The translations under genes and the position numbers were made by a program. Below the pieces are notes generated by a model. That model ran no database searches. It saw only the letters and a program-made list of their open reading frames with translations, and had not been told where the DNA came from. Positions 36,985-51,903 of a stretch of DNA of 64,000 nucleotides are shown piece by piece. This stretch comes from Eledone cirrhosa (lineage: Eukaryota), in contig OZ024752.1 of the NCBI GenBank assembly GCA_964016885.1, positions 6,882,001 to 6,946,000 of the forward strand. Reading direction: 5' to 3'. Position 1 is the stretch's first letter. Each line of letters opens with the position of its first letter.

Positions 36985-39900
36985 AGGTACTGACAGTATT
37001 ATCAGGTGAGATAGCAAAGATGAGGTACTGGAATAGACAAGTACCACAGTATTACCAGGGGAGATAAAGATGAGGTACTGGAATAGACAAGTACCACAGT
37101 ATTACCAGGGGAGATAAAGATGAGGTACTGGAATAGACAAGTACTACAGTATTACCAGGGGAGATAAAGATGAGGTACTGGAATAGCCAAGTACCACAGT
37201 ATTACCAGGGGAGATAACAAAGATGAGGTACTGGAATAGCCAAGTACCACAGTATTACCAGGGGAGATAACAAAGATGAGATACTGGAATAGCCAAGTAC
37301 CACAGTATTACCAGGGGAGATAACAAAGATGAGGTACTGGAATAGACAAGTACCACAGTATTACCAGGGGAGATAACAAAGATGAGGTACTGGAATAGCC
37401 AAGTACCACAGTATTACCAGGGGAGATAACAAAGATGAGGTACTGGAATAGCCAAGTACCACAGTATTACCAGGGGAGATAACAAAGATGAGGTACTGGA
37501 ATAGCCAAGTACCACAGTATTAGCAGGGGAGATAAAGATGAGATACTGGAATAGCCAAGTACCACAGTATTACCAGGGGAGATAAAGATGAGGTACTGGA
37601 ATAGACAAGTACTACAGTATTACCAGGGGAGATAAAGATGAGATACTGGAATAGCCAAGTACCACAGTATTACCAGGGGAGATAACAAAGATGAGGTACT
37701 GGAATAGCCAAGTACCACAGTATTACCAGGGGAGATAACAAAGATGAGGTACTGGAATAGACAAGTACCACAGTATTAGCAGGGGAGATAACAAAGATGA
37801 GGTACTGGAATAGCCAAGTACCACAGTATTAGCAGGGGAGATAAAGATGAGGTACTGGAATAGCCAAGTACCACAGTATTACCAGGGGAGATAAAGATGA
37901 GGTACTGGAATAGACAAGTACCACAGTATTACCAGGGGAGATAACAAAGATGAGGTACTGGAATAGCCAAGTACCACAGTATTACCAGGGGAGATAACAA
38001 AGATGAGGTACTGGAATAGACAAGTACCACAGTATTAGCAGGGGAGATAAAGATGAGGTACTGGAATAGACAAGTACCACAGTATTACCAGGGGAGATAA
38101 CAAAGATGAGGTACTGGAATAGCCAAGTACCACAGTATTAGCAGGGGAGATAAAGATGAGGTACTGGAATAGCCAAGTACCACAGTATTACCAGGGGAGA
38201 TAAAGATGAGGTACTGGAATAGACAAGTACCACAGTATTACCAGGGGAGATAAAGATGAGGTACTGGAATAGCCAAGTACCACAGTATTACCAGGGGAGA
38301 TAAAGATGAGGTACTGGAATAGACAAGTACCACAGTATTACCAGGGGAGATAAAGATGAGGTACTGGAATAGACAAGTACCACAGTATTACCAGGGGAGA
38401 TAAAGATGAGGTACTGGAATAGCCAAGTACCACAGTATTACCAGGGGAGATAAAGATGAGGTACTGGAATAGACAAGTACCACAGTATTACCAGGGGAGA
38501 TAACAAAGATGAGGTACTGGAATAGCCAAGTACCACAGTATTACCAGGGGAGATAACAAAGATGAGGTACTGGAATAGACAAGTACCACAGTATTAGCAG
38601 GGGAGATAAAGATGAGGTACTGGAATAGACAAGTACCACAGTATTACCAGGGGAGATAACAAAGATGAGGTACTGGAATAGCCAAGTACCACAGTATTAG
38701 CAGGGGAGATAAAGATGAGGTACTGGAATAGCCAAGTACCACAGTATTACCAGGGGAGATAAAGATGAGGTACTGGAATAGACAAGTACCACAGTATTAC
38801 CAGGGGAGATAAAGATGAGGTACTGGAATAGCCAAGTACCACAGTATTACCAGGGGAGATAAAGATGAGGTACTGGAATAGACAAGTACCACAGTATTAC
38901 CAGGGGAGATAACAAAGATGAGGTACTGGAATAGACAAGTACCACAGTATTACCAGGGGAGATAACAAAGATGAGATACTGGAATAGACAAGTACCACAG
39001 TATTAGCAGGGGAGATAAAGATGAGATACTGGAATAGCCAAGTACCACAGTATTACCAGGGGAGATAAAGATGAGGTACTGGAATAGCCAAGTACCACAG
39101 TATTACCAGGGGAGATAACAAAGATGAGGTACTGGAATAGCCAAGTACCACAGTATTAGCAGGGGAGATAAAGATGAGATACTGGAATAGCCAAGTACCA
39201 CAGTATTACCAGGGGAGACAAAGATGAGGTACTGGAATAGCCAAGTACCACAGTATTACCAGGGGAGATAAAGATGAGGTACTGGAATAGACAAGTACCA
39301 CAGTATTACCAGGGGAGATAACAAAGATGAGGTACTGGAATAGACAAGTACCACAGTATTACCAGGGGAGATAACAAAGATGAGATACTGGAATAGACAA
39401 GTACCACAGTATTACCAGAGGAGATAACAAAGATGAGGTACTGGAATAGCCAAGTACCACAGTATTACCAGGGGAGATAACAAAGATGAGGTACTGGAAT
39501 AGACAAGTACCACAGTATTACCAGGGGAGATAACAAAGATGAGGTACTGGAATAGACAAGTACCACAGTATTACCAGGGGAGATAACAAAGATGAGGTAC
39601 TGGAATAGCCAAGTACCACAGTATTACCAGGGGAGATAACAAAGATGAGGTACTGGAATAGACAAGTACCACAGTATTACCAGGGGAGATAAAGATGAGG
39701 TACTGGAATAGACAAGTACCACAGTATTACCAGGGGAGATAACAAAGATGAGGTACTGGAATAGCCAAGTACCACAGTATTACCAGGGGAGATAACAAAG
39801 ATGAGGTACTGGAATAGACAAGTACCACAGTATTACCAGGGGAGATAAAGATGAGGTACTGGAATAGCCAAGTACCACAGTATTACCAGAGGAGATAACA

Positions 39901-40088
39901 AAGATGAGGTACTGGAATAGCCAAGTACCACAGTATTACCAGGGGAGATAACAAAGATGAGGTACTGGAATAGACAAGTACCACAGTATTACCAGAGGAG
40001 ATAACAAAGATGAGGTACTGGAATAGCCAAGTACCACAGTATTAGCAGGGGAGATAACAAGGAGAAGGTTCTAGAATAGACAAGCTAC
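36985..40088. repeat. 53/50-bp minisatellite, ~60 copies
   Basis: Unit gagata(aca)aagatgaggtactggaatag(c/a)caagtaccacagtattaccaggg. Confidence 0.97.
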
Positions 40089-40597
40089 CAACAGATGCCA
40101 TTACCTGATGTCTAAATAAGGTGAACTGTTAATAACAACAACAACATCATTTAACAACTATTTCCCTTGTTTGCAAGGTTTAAACGATGGCATTTGACAA
40201 CTGGTTGGAAGTCACACAAAGTCATTAATCAGAGCCACATATCTCTAAGATGAGCCAGACATTACATTTTGCTTACATACATTCTCATGCCAAACAGAGT
40301 GCACTGGGTGCATTTTACCATAGTACCAACACTAGGAATGTTGTCATGTCTTTCACATAACTAAATAGTCTTCTCAACCCTTGGTTTCACAAGTTTTCTA
40401 GGGCTGGATACCCTTCCTATCACCAGCCACTTCACAGGGTATACTGGGTATGTTTTATCATAGCCACACCAACACTAGTGAGGTTGTCATGTCTGTGACT
40501 CAACTTAGGAATCCTCTTATCTGTTTCTTTATGGCTATATCAAGCTATAAAGCCCAGTCCTAGTCCAATCACTAAACTTAAGCAACATCAAGCTTTA

Positions 40598-42233
40598 CCC
40601 TTTAGTATTTACATTACTCTATATATGCTATTGTATTGTCACAGTAAAGGCTTTACCTCACATAATATCTCACATAACATTTACATTACTCTATATATAC
40701 TATTGTATTTTCACAGTAAAGGCTTTACCTCACATAACATTTACATTACTCTATATATACTATTGTATTTTTACAGTAAACGCTTTACCTCACATAATAT
40801 CTCACATAACATTTACATTACTCTATATATACTATTGTATTTTCACAGTAAAGGCTTTACCTCACATAATATCTCACATAACATTTACATTACTCTATAT
40901 ATACTATTGTATTTTTACAGTAAACGCTTTACCTCACATAATATCTCACATAACATTTACATTACTCTATATATACTATTGTATTTACACAGTAAAGGCT
41001 TTACCTCACATAATATCTCGCATAACATTTACATTACTCTATATATACTATTGTATTTTCACAGTAAAGGCTTTATCTTACATAATATCTCACATAACAT
41101 TTTTATTACTCTATATATACTATTGTATTTACACAGTAAAGGCTTTACCTCACATAATATCTCACATAACATTTACATTACTCTATATATACTATTGTAT
41201 TTACACAGTAAAGGCTTTATCTTACATAATATCTCACATAACATTTTTATTACTCTATATATACTATTGTATTTTCACAGTAAAGGCTTTACCTCACATA
41301 ATATCTCACATAACATTTACATTACTCTATATATACTATTGTATTTTCACAGTAAAGGCTTTACCTCACATAATATCTTACATAACATTTACATTACTCT
41401 ATATATACTATTGTATTTTCACAGTAAAGGCGTTACCTCACATAATATCTCACATAACATTTACATTACTCTATATATACTATTGTATTTTCACAGTAAA
41501 GGCTTTACCTCACATAATATCTCCCATAACATTTACATTACTCTATATAAACTATTGTATTTTTACGGTAAAGGCTTTACCTCACATAATATCTCACATA
41601 ACATTTACATTACTCTATATAAACTATTGTATTTTTACGGTAAAGGCTTTACCTCACATAATATCTCACATAACATTTACATTACTCTATATAAACTATT
41701 GTATTTTTACGGTAAAGGCTTTACCTCACATAATATCTCACATAACATTTACATTACTCTATATATACTATTGTATTTTCACAGTAAAGGCTTTACCTCA
41801 CATAATATCTCACATAACATTTACATTACTCTATATAAACTATTGTATTTTCACGGTAAAGGCTTTACCTCACATAATATCTCACATAACATTTACATTA
41901 CTCTATATATACTATTGTATTTTCAGGGTAAAGGCTTTACCTCACATAATATCTCGCATAACATTTACATTACTCTATATATACTATTGTATTTTCACAG
42001 TAAAGGCTTTACCTCACATAATATCTCACATAACATTTACATTACTCTATATATACTATTGTATTTTCACGGTAAAGGCTTTACCTCACATAGTTATCTC
42101 AAATAATATCAAATCTACGAGATTTTGATATTATTTAATTTTAGAATAATACTTTAACATCAGTATGAGTAGCCAGTTTGAGAAAGAGGTGAGAGAATTA
42201 TGGCCAGATACATCAAGTTTAAATGCTAAAGGG
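40598..42233 (+). mobile_element. piggyBac-type MITE holding a 72-bp array (40607-42092, ~21 copies)
   Basis: TIRs ccctttagtattta and taaatgctaaaggg, flanked by TTTA and TTAA. Confidence 0.85.
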
Positions 42234-43062
42234 TTAATTAATATATAAATTGGTGACCAACAAATCTTATGAAAGAGTCTACCATTTCTGCTAAACCAAT
42301 TATTCTGCTTCTATCTGTTAGGTCACTTGTAATAATCCTGGGTAATCCTGGATATCTCCTCACAAGATAAAATTGACACGTATTGGAAATTATAGGAAAG
42401 AAAATATAATTAACCTTTTCGTGACAGTATTTCAAATAAATACACTCAATTAATTAATGAAGAATTTTGAGGGATTTACTGAAATTATTAATTATTTCAT
42501 TTCTAAGATAGTAACTTAATATACTTCTTATATAAATTTATATTGGATGATTTTAATATAAATAGGAACCTTTAAAATGGGTGTGTTCGTTTCTTAGAAC
42601 CAGAGCAGATTTTGGCAAGGTTGGTTATTAGAAAGAACTGGAGATTTGGCTCATATACTTGAGACTGAAATGGTTGGGGTAACGCTGGAGATAGATTAAA
42701 TGTATTATATTTTATTATTGGAACTTTTAAATGGTTTACACTCCACACTTGCAGAGTTTTCTTTGGATTATGGTTACAAGGAAATACAATTAAGGAGATT
42801 TAGTAGGAATTGGTAGGAATTACTAAGACTTAATATTTAGTATAGAAGTAGTATTATAGAGAAAATATAGTGTGGGTGTGTGTGTTGTGTGAATGTGTTA
42901 TGTGAAAGAGTATGATTGTGTTATGAGAGAGAGAGGGAGAGAACGGTTGTTATATGAGAGAGAGGGATGGAGAGAGTATGATTGTGTTATATGAGAGGGA
43001 GGGGGAGATGGGGAGAGGGGGAGTGAGGGGGTGGGTGAGGGGGAGTGAGGGGGAGATAGAAT

Positions 43063-43063
<1 letters not shown>

Positions 43064-43122
<59 letters not shown>

Positions 43123-43125
43123 CGC

Positions 43126-43160
<35 letters not shown>

Positions 43161-43162
43161 TG
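43064..43162. repeat. (TG)n-(CG)n-(TGCG)n alternating purine-pyrimidine tract
   Basis: About 100 bp of unbroken alternation, with Z-DNA potential. Confidence 0.9.
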
Positions 43163-43434
43163 TTGCCATTCTTTATTCCAAGAAGTCAATATCCAGCCAT
43201 AAATACATTCCCCACTGCAGAAGTTCCATCCAATATTTATATATGTCGCTCCAAGACACAGGATTGACATCTGACCTAATTCTACCATCAGAAATTAACA
43301 ACTGAAGACTATATTATCTTTTTACAAAGAAAGATATTTAGAAGAAATGTCAAAAAGTCTATTAATTCCAATTCAGGGTTTTGGTATAAATGTTTCTTAA
43401 GACTATCACATCTCCATGTCGCAAATTGAATTAA

Positions 43435-44146
43435 CCGTTTACCATTTACATTACTCTATATATACTATTGTATTTTCACAGTAAAGTCTTTACCTCACAT
43501 AATATCTCACATGACATTTACATTACTCTATATATACTATTGTATTGTCACAGTAAAGTCTTTACCTCACATAATATCTCACATAACATTTACATTACTC
43601 TATATATACTATTGTATTTTCACAGTAAAGTCTTTACCTCACATAATATCTCACATAACATTTACATTACTCTATATATACTATTGTATTTTCACAGTAA
43701 AGGCTTTACCTCACATAATATCTCCCATAACATTTACATTACTCTATATATACTATTGTATTGTCACAGTAAAGTCTTTACCTCACATAATATCTCACAT
43801 AACATTTACATTACTCTATATATACTATTGTATTTTCACAGTAAAGGCTTTACCTCACATAATATCTCACATAACATTTACATTACTCTATATATACTAT
43901 TGTATTTTCACAGTAAAGGTTTTATCTCACATAATATCTCACATAACATTTACATTACTCTATATATACTATTGTATTTTCACAGTAAAGGCTTTACCTC
44001 ACATAATATCGAATCTATGTGATTTTGATGTTTTTTATTTTGAGAACAATACCTTAACATCGGTATGAGTGACCAGTTACAGCTGGTTTGAACAGAAAGA
44101 AGTGAGATAATTCTGACTAGATATGGCTGGTTTAAATGCTAAAGGG
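43435..44146 (+). mobile_element. piggyBac-type MITE holding the same 72-bp array (43443-44010, ~8 copies)
   Basis: TTAA-ccgtttaccattta ... taaatgctaaaggg-TTAA. Confidence 0.88.
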
Positions 44147-44197
44147 TTAAGATGTGTCAGTAATAGAGTATTTCAATCACTAACACATCTTTATATA

Positions 44198-44333
44198 CCG
44201 TATTTCCTGGCATCAAAGACGCTAATTTTTACCTAAAATAAGTCTCAAAAATCCACCATGTGTCCTGAAGGCCGGTTGTCAAAATTAGGGTGCGTCTTTG
44301 ACGACGAAGTGTCTTCGGCGGCAGGAAATACTG
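44198..44333. mobile_element. Tc1/mariner-type MITE, TA TSD
   Basis: ta-ccgtatttcctggc ... ggcaggaaatactg-ta. Confidence 0.8.
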
Positions 44334-44732
44334 TAATTGATAATTTCTGCTGATCAATTATTTAATTCATCTAATTATGCCAGTGTTGATTAATAATGTG
44401 TAAAGTTAAATATGTTTGGAGGCGATTCTATGTTTGGAACCCTAAAACAGTGATCTGGAATATCTTTCTATGATATGAACCTGACATTTTACTGAGAGAC
44501 TCATAAACAACCCTTAAATTCCATATTTCATTATATGAACTCCACATTGAACAAGAAGAAGAAAAAGAAGAAAAAGAAAAAGAAGAAAAAGAAAAAGAAA
44601 AGAGAAAAGAAAAAGTAAAAAGAAAAAGGTTTTGTTGGCTTTAGTCGTTGACCAGTTCTAATTTTGATAAACCTTGAGCCAACAAACATTCAAGATTTTG
44701 AAGGTTTATTAAATGTAAAATTTAAGATGAAC

Positions 44733-44968
44733 ACATGTAGCAGAAATACATATGACAGACACATGTAGCAGAGATACATGTAGCAGAAATAGATATGACA
44801 GAGACACATGTAGCAGAAATACATATAGCAGAGACACATGTAGCAGAAATACAGGTAACAGAAATACATGTAGCAGAAATACTGGTAGCAGAAATACTGG
44901 TAGCAGAAATACATGTAGCAGAGACACATGTAGCAGAAATACATGTAGCAGGATCACGTGTAGCAGAA
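44733..44968. repeat. 15-bp minisatellite
   Basis: Unit acatgtagcaga(aat/gac). Confidence 0.9.
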
Positions 44969-45240
44969 AGAGTCCAGGGTGGAAATTTATTGTTAAATTC
45001 AACCTAAAGTCCTTAAAATTATGGTAATACGAAGATTTCCAAGATGGCAGAATTGTACAGACAATAAGAAGCTGAGTTATTAGGTAGTAATTATTTACAA
45101 TTGGTTATCTAATTATATTAATCTGGCTTCCATTAATAAATCTCATATGATCTGGAGTAATGTTTTAATGTCAAGCTGTTACCAAGTCACCTGAAATCAC
45201 CCCTGATTTTATCATAGAAAACTTTGTTTTTAAGTGTTTA

Positions 45241-45874
45241 TCTATATATCTAAAACAGAGAATGTCTGTCTGTCTGACTCCCTGAAACTCGAGAACCACC
45301 CAACCGATTGTTTTCAAACTTTACACATGTAATACTTATGGTCCTGTGAGTATTTCAAATTTTCAATGCCCTAGGGACCGCATTATGCGATTTAGTGATC
45401 TCTCTCTATAATTCTTAGTCTTTTTTTTTAGATAGATACATAGATATAACGTTGCGCCCTTATAATATCTGTCTGTATGTCTGGCTGTCTGCATTACAAC
45501 ATTATGACGCTATATGTGTGTGTGTGTATATGTATATATATAGTGTGTGTATATATGTATATATCGTGTGTGTATATATATAGTGTGTAACGTTTTTCAA
45601 AATATTTACTTCTGCATTCACAGATTGATTTTTTTTAGTTTCAGAAGATCCCGTTAAGGGTGAAAGCAGCGATTCTTTGCTTAAACTTTAATCTGTTATT
45701 TTAATATATATAATTATATATATAATTATATATTCGTGTACAGATATTTTTGCATAGACAATAACAAAATATAAACAAACGTATTTATTTCACGAAGCTC
45801 GACAAGGATAAATATATATCAAATATATAAGAACCCTAGAACAAATCCCGAGCAATGCTGGGCCATTCTGCTAG
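45241..45874 (+). mobile_element. Non-autonomous Helitron
   Basis: Starts A|TCtatatatctaaaa with (ctgt)n near the 5' end. Subterminal hairpin cccgagc-aat-gctggg. Ends CTAG|T. Confidence 0.8.
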
Positions 45875-46189
45875 TATATATCTAAAAAAAACACAACAAC
45901 CTTCCATTGTGATTTCATTAATTTCATGTAAGAACCTTTATAAAGTTATGTTCCAAACACCAGATTAATAAGAAGAAAGTTAGTTAATATTAATAAGTTC
46001 CTACAAATTCTTGATTATTTTAAAAATTAATTAAAAATCATAGACAATGTTTTTCATTAGAAATATGGTAACAAAACATTTAATATGTTGTTTTACAATT
46101 CCCAACTGCAGCCAACAAGCCATCATTGACTGGGGATATTTATAAAGGTTATACTGCAATGTTTGACAAGATCTTCTTCACACACTTAT

Positions 46190-46392
46190 TCCTGAGAGGG
46201 TCATGGGGGCAGAGACCCCACACACTCCCTCCAGTGGGTCCTGAGAGGGTCATGGGAGCAGAGACCCCCACACACTCCCTCCAGTTGGTCCTGAGAGGGT
46301 CATGGGAGCAGAGGCCCCCACACACTCCCTCCAGTGGGTCCTGAGAGGGTCATGGGGGCAGAGACCCCACACACTCCCTCCAGTGGGTCCTG
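46190..46392. repeat. ~50-bp minisatellite, 4 copies
   Basis: Unit cctgagagggtcatggg(g/a)gcagagacccc(c)acacactccctccagtgggt. Confidence 0.9.
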
Positions 46393-46434
46393 TCAGCTGC
46401 AACTGTCTCCAACTGATGCGGCTAGTTTCCCATG

Positions 46435-47815
46435 TGTGGCTGTGATATCAATGTAATATGACAGTGATATCAATGTAATATCTAGTGTGTGGCAGTGAAA
46501 TCAATGTAATATCAAGTGGCAGTGATATCTACTCTGTGGCAGTGTTATCAAGTGTGTAGCAGTAATATCAATGTAATATGACAGTGATATCAATGTGATA
46601 TCAAGTCTATGGCAGTGATATCAATGTAATATCAAGTGTGGCAGTGATATCAATATAATATCAAGTGTGTGGCAGTGATATCAACGTAACATCAAGTGTA
46701 TGGCAGTGATATCAATGTAATATCAAGTGTGTGGCAGTGATATCAATGTAATATCAAGTGTGTGGCAGTGATATCAATGTAATATCAAGTGTGTGGCAGT
46801 GATATCAATGTAATATCAAGCATGTGGCAGTGATATCAATGTAATATGACAGTGATATCAATGTAATATCAAGTGTGTGGCAGTGATATCAATGTAATAT
46901 GACAGTGATATCAATGTAATATCAAGTGTGTGGCAGTGATATCAATGTAATATGACAGTGATATCAATGTAATATCAAGTGTGTGGCAGTGATATCAATG
47001 TAATATCAAGTGTGTGGCAGTGATATCAATGTAATATCAAGTGTGTGGCAGTGATATCAATGTAATATCAAGTGTGTGGCAGTGATATCAATGTAATATC
47101 AAGCATGTGGCAGTGATATCAATGTAATATGACAGTGATATCAATGTAATATCAAGTGTGTGGCAGTGATATCAATGTAATATGACAGTGATATCAATGT
47201 GATATCAAGTGTGTGGCAGTGATATCAATGTAATATGACAGTGATATCAATGTGATATCAAGTGTGTGGCAGTGATATCAATGTAATATGACAGTGATAT
47301 CAATGTGATATCAAGTGTGTGGCAGTGATATCAATGTAATATGACAGTGATATCAATGTGATATCAAGTGTGTGGCAGTGATATCAATGTAATATGACAG
47401 TGATATCAATGTAATATCAAGTGTGTGGCAGTGATATCAATGTAATATGACAGTGATATCAATGTAATATCAAGTGTGTGGCAGTGATATCAATGTAATA
47501 TCAAGTGTGTGGCAGTGATATCAATGTAATATCAAGTGTGTGGCAGTGATATCAATGTAATATCAAGCATGTGGCAGTGATATCAATGTAATATGACAGT
47601 GATATCAATGTAATATCAAGTGTGTGGCAGTGATATCAATGTAATATCAAGCATGTGGCAGTGATATCAATGTAATATGACAGTGATATCAATGTAATAT
47701 CAAGTGTGTGGCAGTGATATCAATGTAATATGACAGTGATATCAATGTGATATCAAGTGTGTGGCAGTGATATCAACGCGATATCAAGTGTGTGGCAGTG
47801 ATATCAAGTGATATT
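46435..47815. repeat. Mixed 31-bp/22-bp minisatellite
   Basis: cagtgatatcaatgtaatat followed by either caagtgtgtgg or ga. Confidence 0.95.
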
Positions 47816-48219
47816 AAAGTTTAAGACTGAAGAGTGAAGTGAGTGAACTAAGAAAACAAATGTTAAACGAAGAAGATATTGATTTAATAGAAATCTGATT
47901 TTAATTTAGTTGAGAGTGACTCTAACGAACATAATTAATTAAATGTCAATATGCATTTAATTGATAAAAGTGGTATTGAGGAGATTCCTGTAATATAGTT
48001 TCCTCCTCACTGGACCCCCCCCCCCCTTTCATCATACTGTATTTTCACGGTAAAGACTTTACCTCACATAATATCAAATATATGAGATTTTGATATTACA
48101 TATTTTGAGAACAATACCTTAACAGCAGTATGAGTGGCTGGGTACAGCCAATTTAAACAGAAAAAGCTGAGAGAATTCTGGCCGGATATGGTTTAAATGC
48201 TAAAGGGTTTAAATGCTAA

Positions 48220-48618
<399 letters not shown>

Positions 48619-48839
48619 TCATGAATGACAGTGAAGGTATCTTATATATATAATATAAAACAAAAAATCAGTGATGCATCTGAACTCAATTTATTGCGTG
48701 TTACAATTCGTTTTATATTATATCATACTCTGTTCTGTAAGACCATAGAGTGCTCAACCGGCATACTGCATATGGAAGCATCTTAGCTACCATCAGACAC
48801 ACATATATATATTTATTTATATATATATATATTTGGTAC

Positions 48840-49106
48840 CACAACATCCAGTCCAAAACAAATGAGGTCGTGTAGGTGTCACGACAAAAAACACACAGTC
48901 CACGCTGTAATGTGGCCGTGTAGGTAACACGGTAAAAACCTCCCAGACCCACACTGTAAATGTGGTTGGTGTTAGGAAGGGCATCCCACTGTAGAAAACC
49001 TGCCAGACAGTCCTATGCGAGCAAGACAACCACTCTTGCCTCAAGTGGGAAAACTCCCGTCCAAACCCATGCAAGCGTGGAAGATGGACGTTAAACGATG
49101 ATGATG
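48840..49106 (+). mobile_element. RTE 3'-tail element; similar minus-strand copies at 53125-53345, 58102-58295, 58608-58770 and 63628-63925
   Basis: ggttggtgttaggaagggcatcc...acccatgcaagcgtggaagatggacgttaaac(gat)n. Confidence 0.85.
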
Positions 49107-49304
49107 ATATATATATATATTGGACAATATATCAAACATGTTATATATATGTGAGATAATATAATGTGATATATAGGAGACAATATAAAGTATGTTGAAT
49201 GTATGTATATATATATAAACCCATGCTAGCATGGAAGATAGACGTTAAACGATGATGATGATGATATATATATATATATATGACAATATGAAATGTTATA
49301 CATG

Positions 49305-49351
<47 letters not shown>

Positions 49352-49746
49352 GAAAATATCGGTATGTAACAAAAATATATACTGATTTGCTGATCAATAA
49401 CCCCTCAATGTAAAATTCCCGAAACTGAAGGAACTCACAAGATATTGTTATTGGTTCAACAATTTAGATATATAAAAAAAATATATAGACCATATAATTA
49501 GTTCTATTACTGTATATCATATATAAGATTTTTCATTCATTTATATTATTATTTGTCTGACCCGAATTTTCCTGGTCGTTTTTTTCGGCTGTGCGAGTGA
49601 TTTTAAGCATTGTCTCCGTGTGTTGGTATTTAAACGATAGTTATAGCTCTGGTTTATCCAAACTATTGAGCCCTTTGCCACACATTTCGAAGATTGTGTT
49701 TCGTTATTTCGTGGGCCGAAATTCCGATACTCGATAATTTATTTGT

Positions 49747-49796
<50 letters not shown>

Positions 49797-49855
49797 CAAG
49801 TATTGTACCAAGAAAAATATAGACTTCAGTGAGAAAGGAGAGTAAGAATTTATTG

Positions 49856-49966
49856 GCTATAACATATGTTTCTGTGTCTATTATAATAGTCTACATATAC
49901 TGACTACAATATATATTGTTCAATCATATACAATACTTAATTATTTATCACACATCTTCAGAAAGC
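49856..49966 (-). ncRNA. Degenerate Penelope-type minimal hammerhead motif
   Basis: Minus strand GCTTT-CTGAAGA-TGTG..(long AT loop)..CACA-GAAAC-ATAT-GTT-ATAGC. Confidence 0.5.
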
Positions 49967-51029
49967 TCAAAATTGTTTGTATGTGTGTGTGTGTATATAT
50001 ATATATATATAGGTGGATTCCCAATGTATATCAGGTGACCACAGTTGAAAAAGATACGCAATACGTTAGTAGAGTATAGGCATATTTATTTTATTATAGA
50101 AATGACTTCTACATGACTAGAACTATTTCAATCGTAAGAGGATGAAACACAAAGTTGACCTCGGCAGGATTTGAACTCAGAGCGTGCAATGAGGTGCGAC
50201 AAATACTGTAAAGCATTCTATCTGATGTCTTAACGACTCTGCCAATTTGCCGCCTATTTAAGTATAAACAAATTTATAAATAGTAACAAATTAATTAGGT
50301 TTAAAATGAAATAGTTGAGAATGGCTTTCGTCTATTTGCTAACCTAAACTTTGATCTTAAGATGAATAATAACATGTGATATATCATGTGATGAGCAATT
50401 GGTAGAATGTAGAAGTTTCTAGAATATAAAGAAATATCTTCTCAGGAATTCTTTGTTAATGACTTGGAAAATTTAATTACCAAAACATTTATTTTTGTCT
50501 TTATCTAACTTTGTCTTCAACATAGAACCATGGATCTCATTCTCTCTTGCTTCTCTCTCTGGTATGTCCCCCTCTCTCTATATATCTGCCTCCCTCATAT
50601 CATTCTCTCTCTGTCACTACTCCCTCTCTCTCTTCTCTCTCTACTCCTCTGTATATGTGCCTCCCTTCCTTCTCTCTCTACTCCTCTGTATATGTGCCTC
50701 CCTTCCTCCTCTCTCTGTTTCTCTCTTCTATTATACTTTAAGGGAATATTAGTTAGTTTTCTGTTCAAACCAGCTGTAACTTGTTACTCATACTGATGTT
50801 AAGGTATTGTTCTCAAAATAAATAATATCAAAATCTCTGAAATTCGACATTATGTGAGATAAAGCCTTTACCACTTGTTTTCAAAATCATTTGAAAATCA
50901 AAGCCAGAGTCTTTCATTAGTAATATGGAAATGGAAACGGTTAAAATGTCTATCAACTGTCAAAAGAGTTGATACACAATTCTCAATAACCCAGTCCACT
51001 TAAGTTGGAGAGTTTGATTCTTTACAGTG

Positions 51030-51260
51030 CAGAGTCCTTGAGCAAGACACTTTATTTCATGTTGCTTCAGTTCACAAAACTGGCAAAAATTACTTGTAAC
51101 TGCCATTCAAATAGCCAACCTTGTCACACCTTGTGTTACACTGAATCTCCCTGAGAACCATGTAAACGATACATATATCTGTAGAATTCTCAGCCACATT
51201 CATGTTAGTTTCATGAGTAAGCTGTTCCAATAATGAAACCAAGCAGACACACACTAGTTT
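51030..51260 (+). mobile_element. SINE body; related minus copies at 27605-27780 and 60300-60490
   Basis: gtccttgagcaagacactttatttc...ctgaatctccctgagaac. Confidence 0.75.
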
Positions 51261-51903
51261 CTCAGCAGAACCAATGGAGGCCCAACACGGTTGATTTAGC
51301 AACAGACAAGATTTATATTGTAGTAAGAAGCTGAGGAATAATACTATAACGTTGTTGTAGCTGTGGTTGTTTAGTCTTAGATATCCCCTCCCCCCGCCTC
51401 CCTTCCCTGATTGAGTAGATCTATATTCAAAGTATTTCAGTCAGGAACATCCCAGCTTATTCTAACATAATACATTAGGACATTGATCCAAATTATATCC
51501 TTCCTTGTTTGAAGATGGTGGGTTGTGGTCCAAGGGAAATTAACTGCTTTTTCTAGCAATTAAAGCAACAAAATACATGCCTCCTCTTTGACCTGACAGG
51601 CAAGTGTTCTGTTATCTTGTAGCCCTCAGTTCACATCCACTAAAGAGTAACACTTGCAATAGAACAGGGGGTCTTATTCAGACAGAGAAATGTTTCTCCA
51701 GAAATAAGATAATTAAAAGTGACTTGGACACAGCTGGCTTCCCACCACACTTAAAACTGGGTCTGACCAAAAGAATGGTTTGGACATCTGAGAGAAAAAC
51801 TGGGTGTAAGAGAAATCAGATGTAATATGCAAGAGAGAAAACTACACTGGTTTAGATTTGTGAAGTGTATGGATGATAACTGCTGAGTCATGAAGTGCTG
51901 GCT

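Noticed and set aside
36985-40088. CRISPR-like appearance of the regular arrays
   Set aside because: No unique spacers, no cas genes, and a eukaryotic intron context.
40625-42106. 493-aa hydrophobic repeat ORF (also 19279-20674, 34267-35175, 27919-28918)
   Set aside because: Tandem-repeat artefacts within MITEs or arrays.
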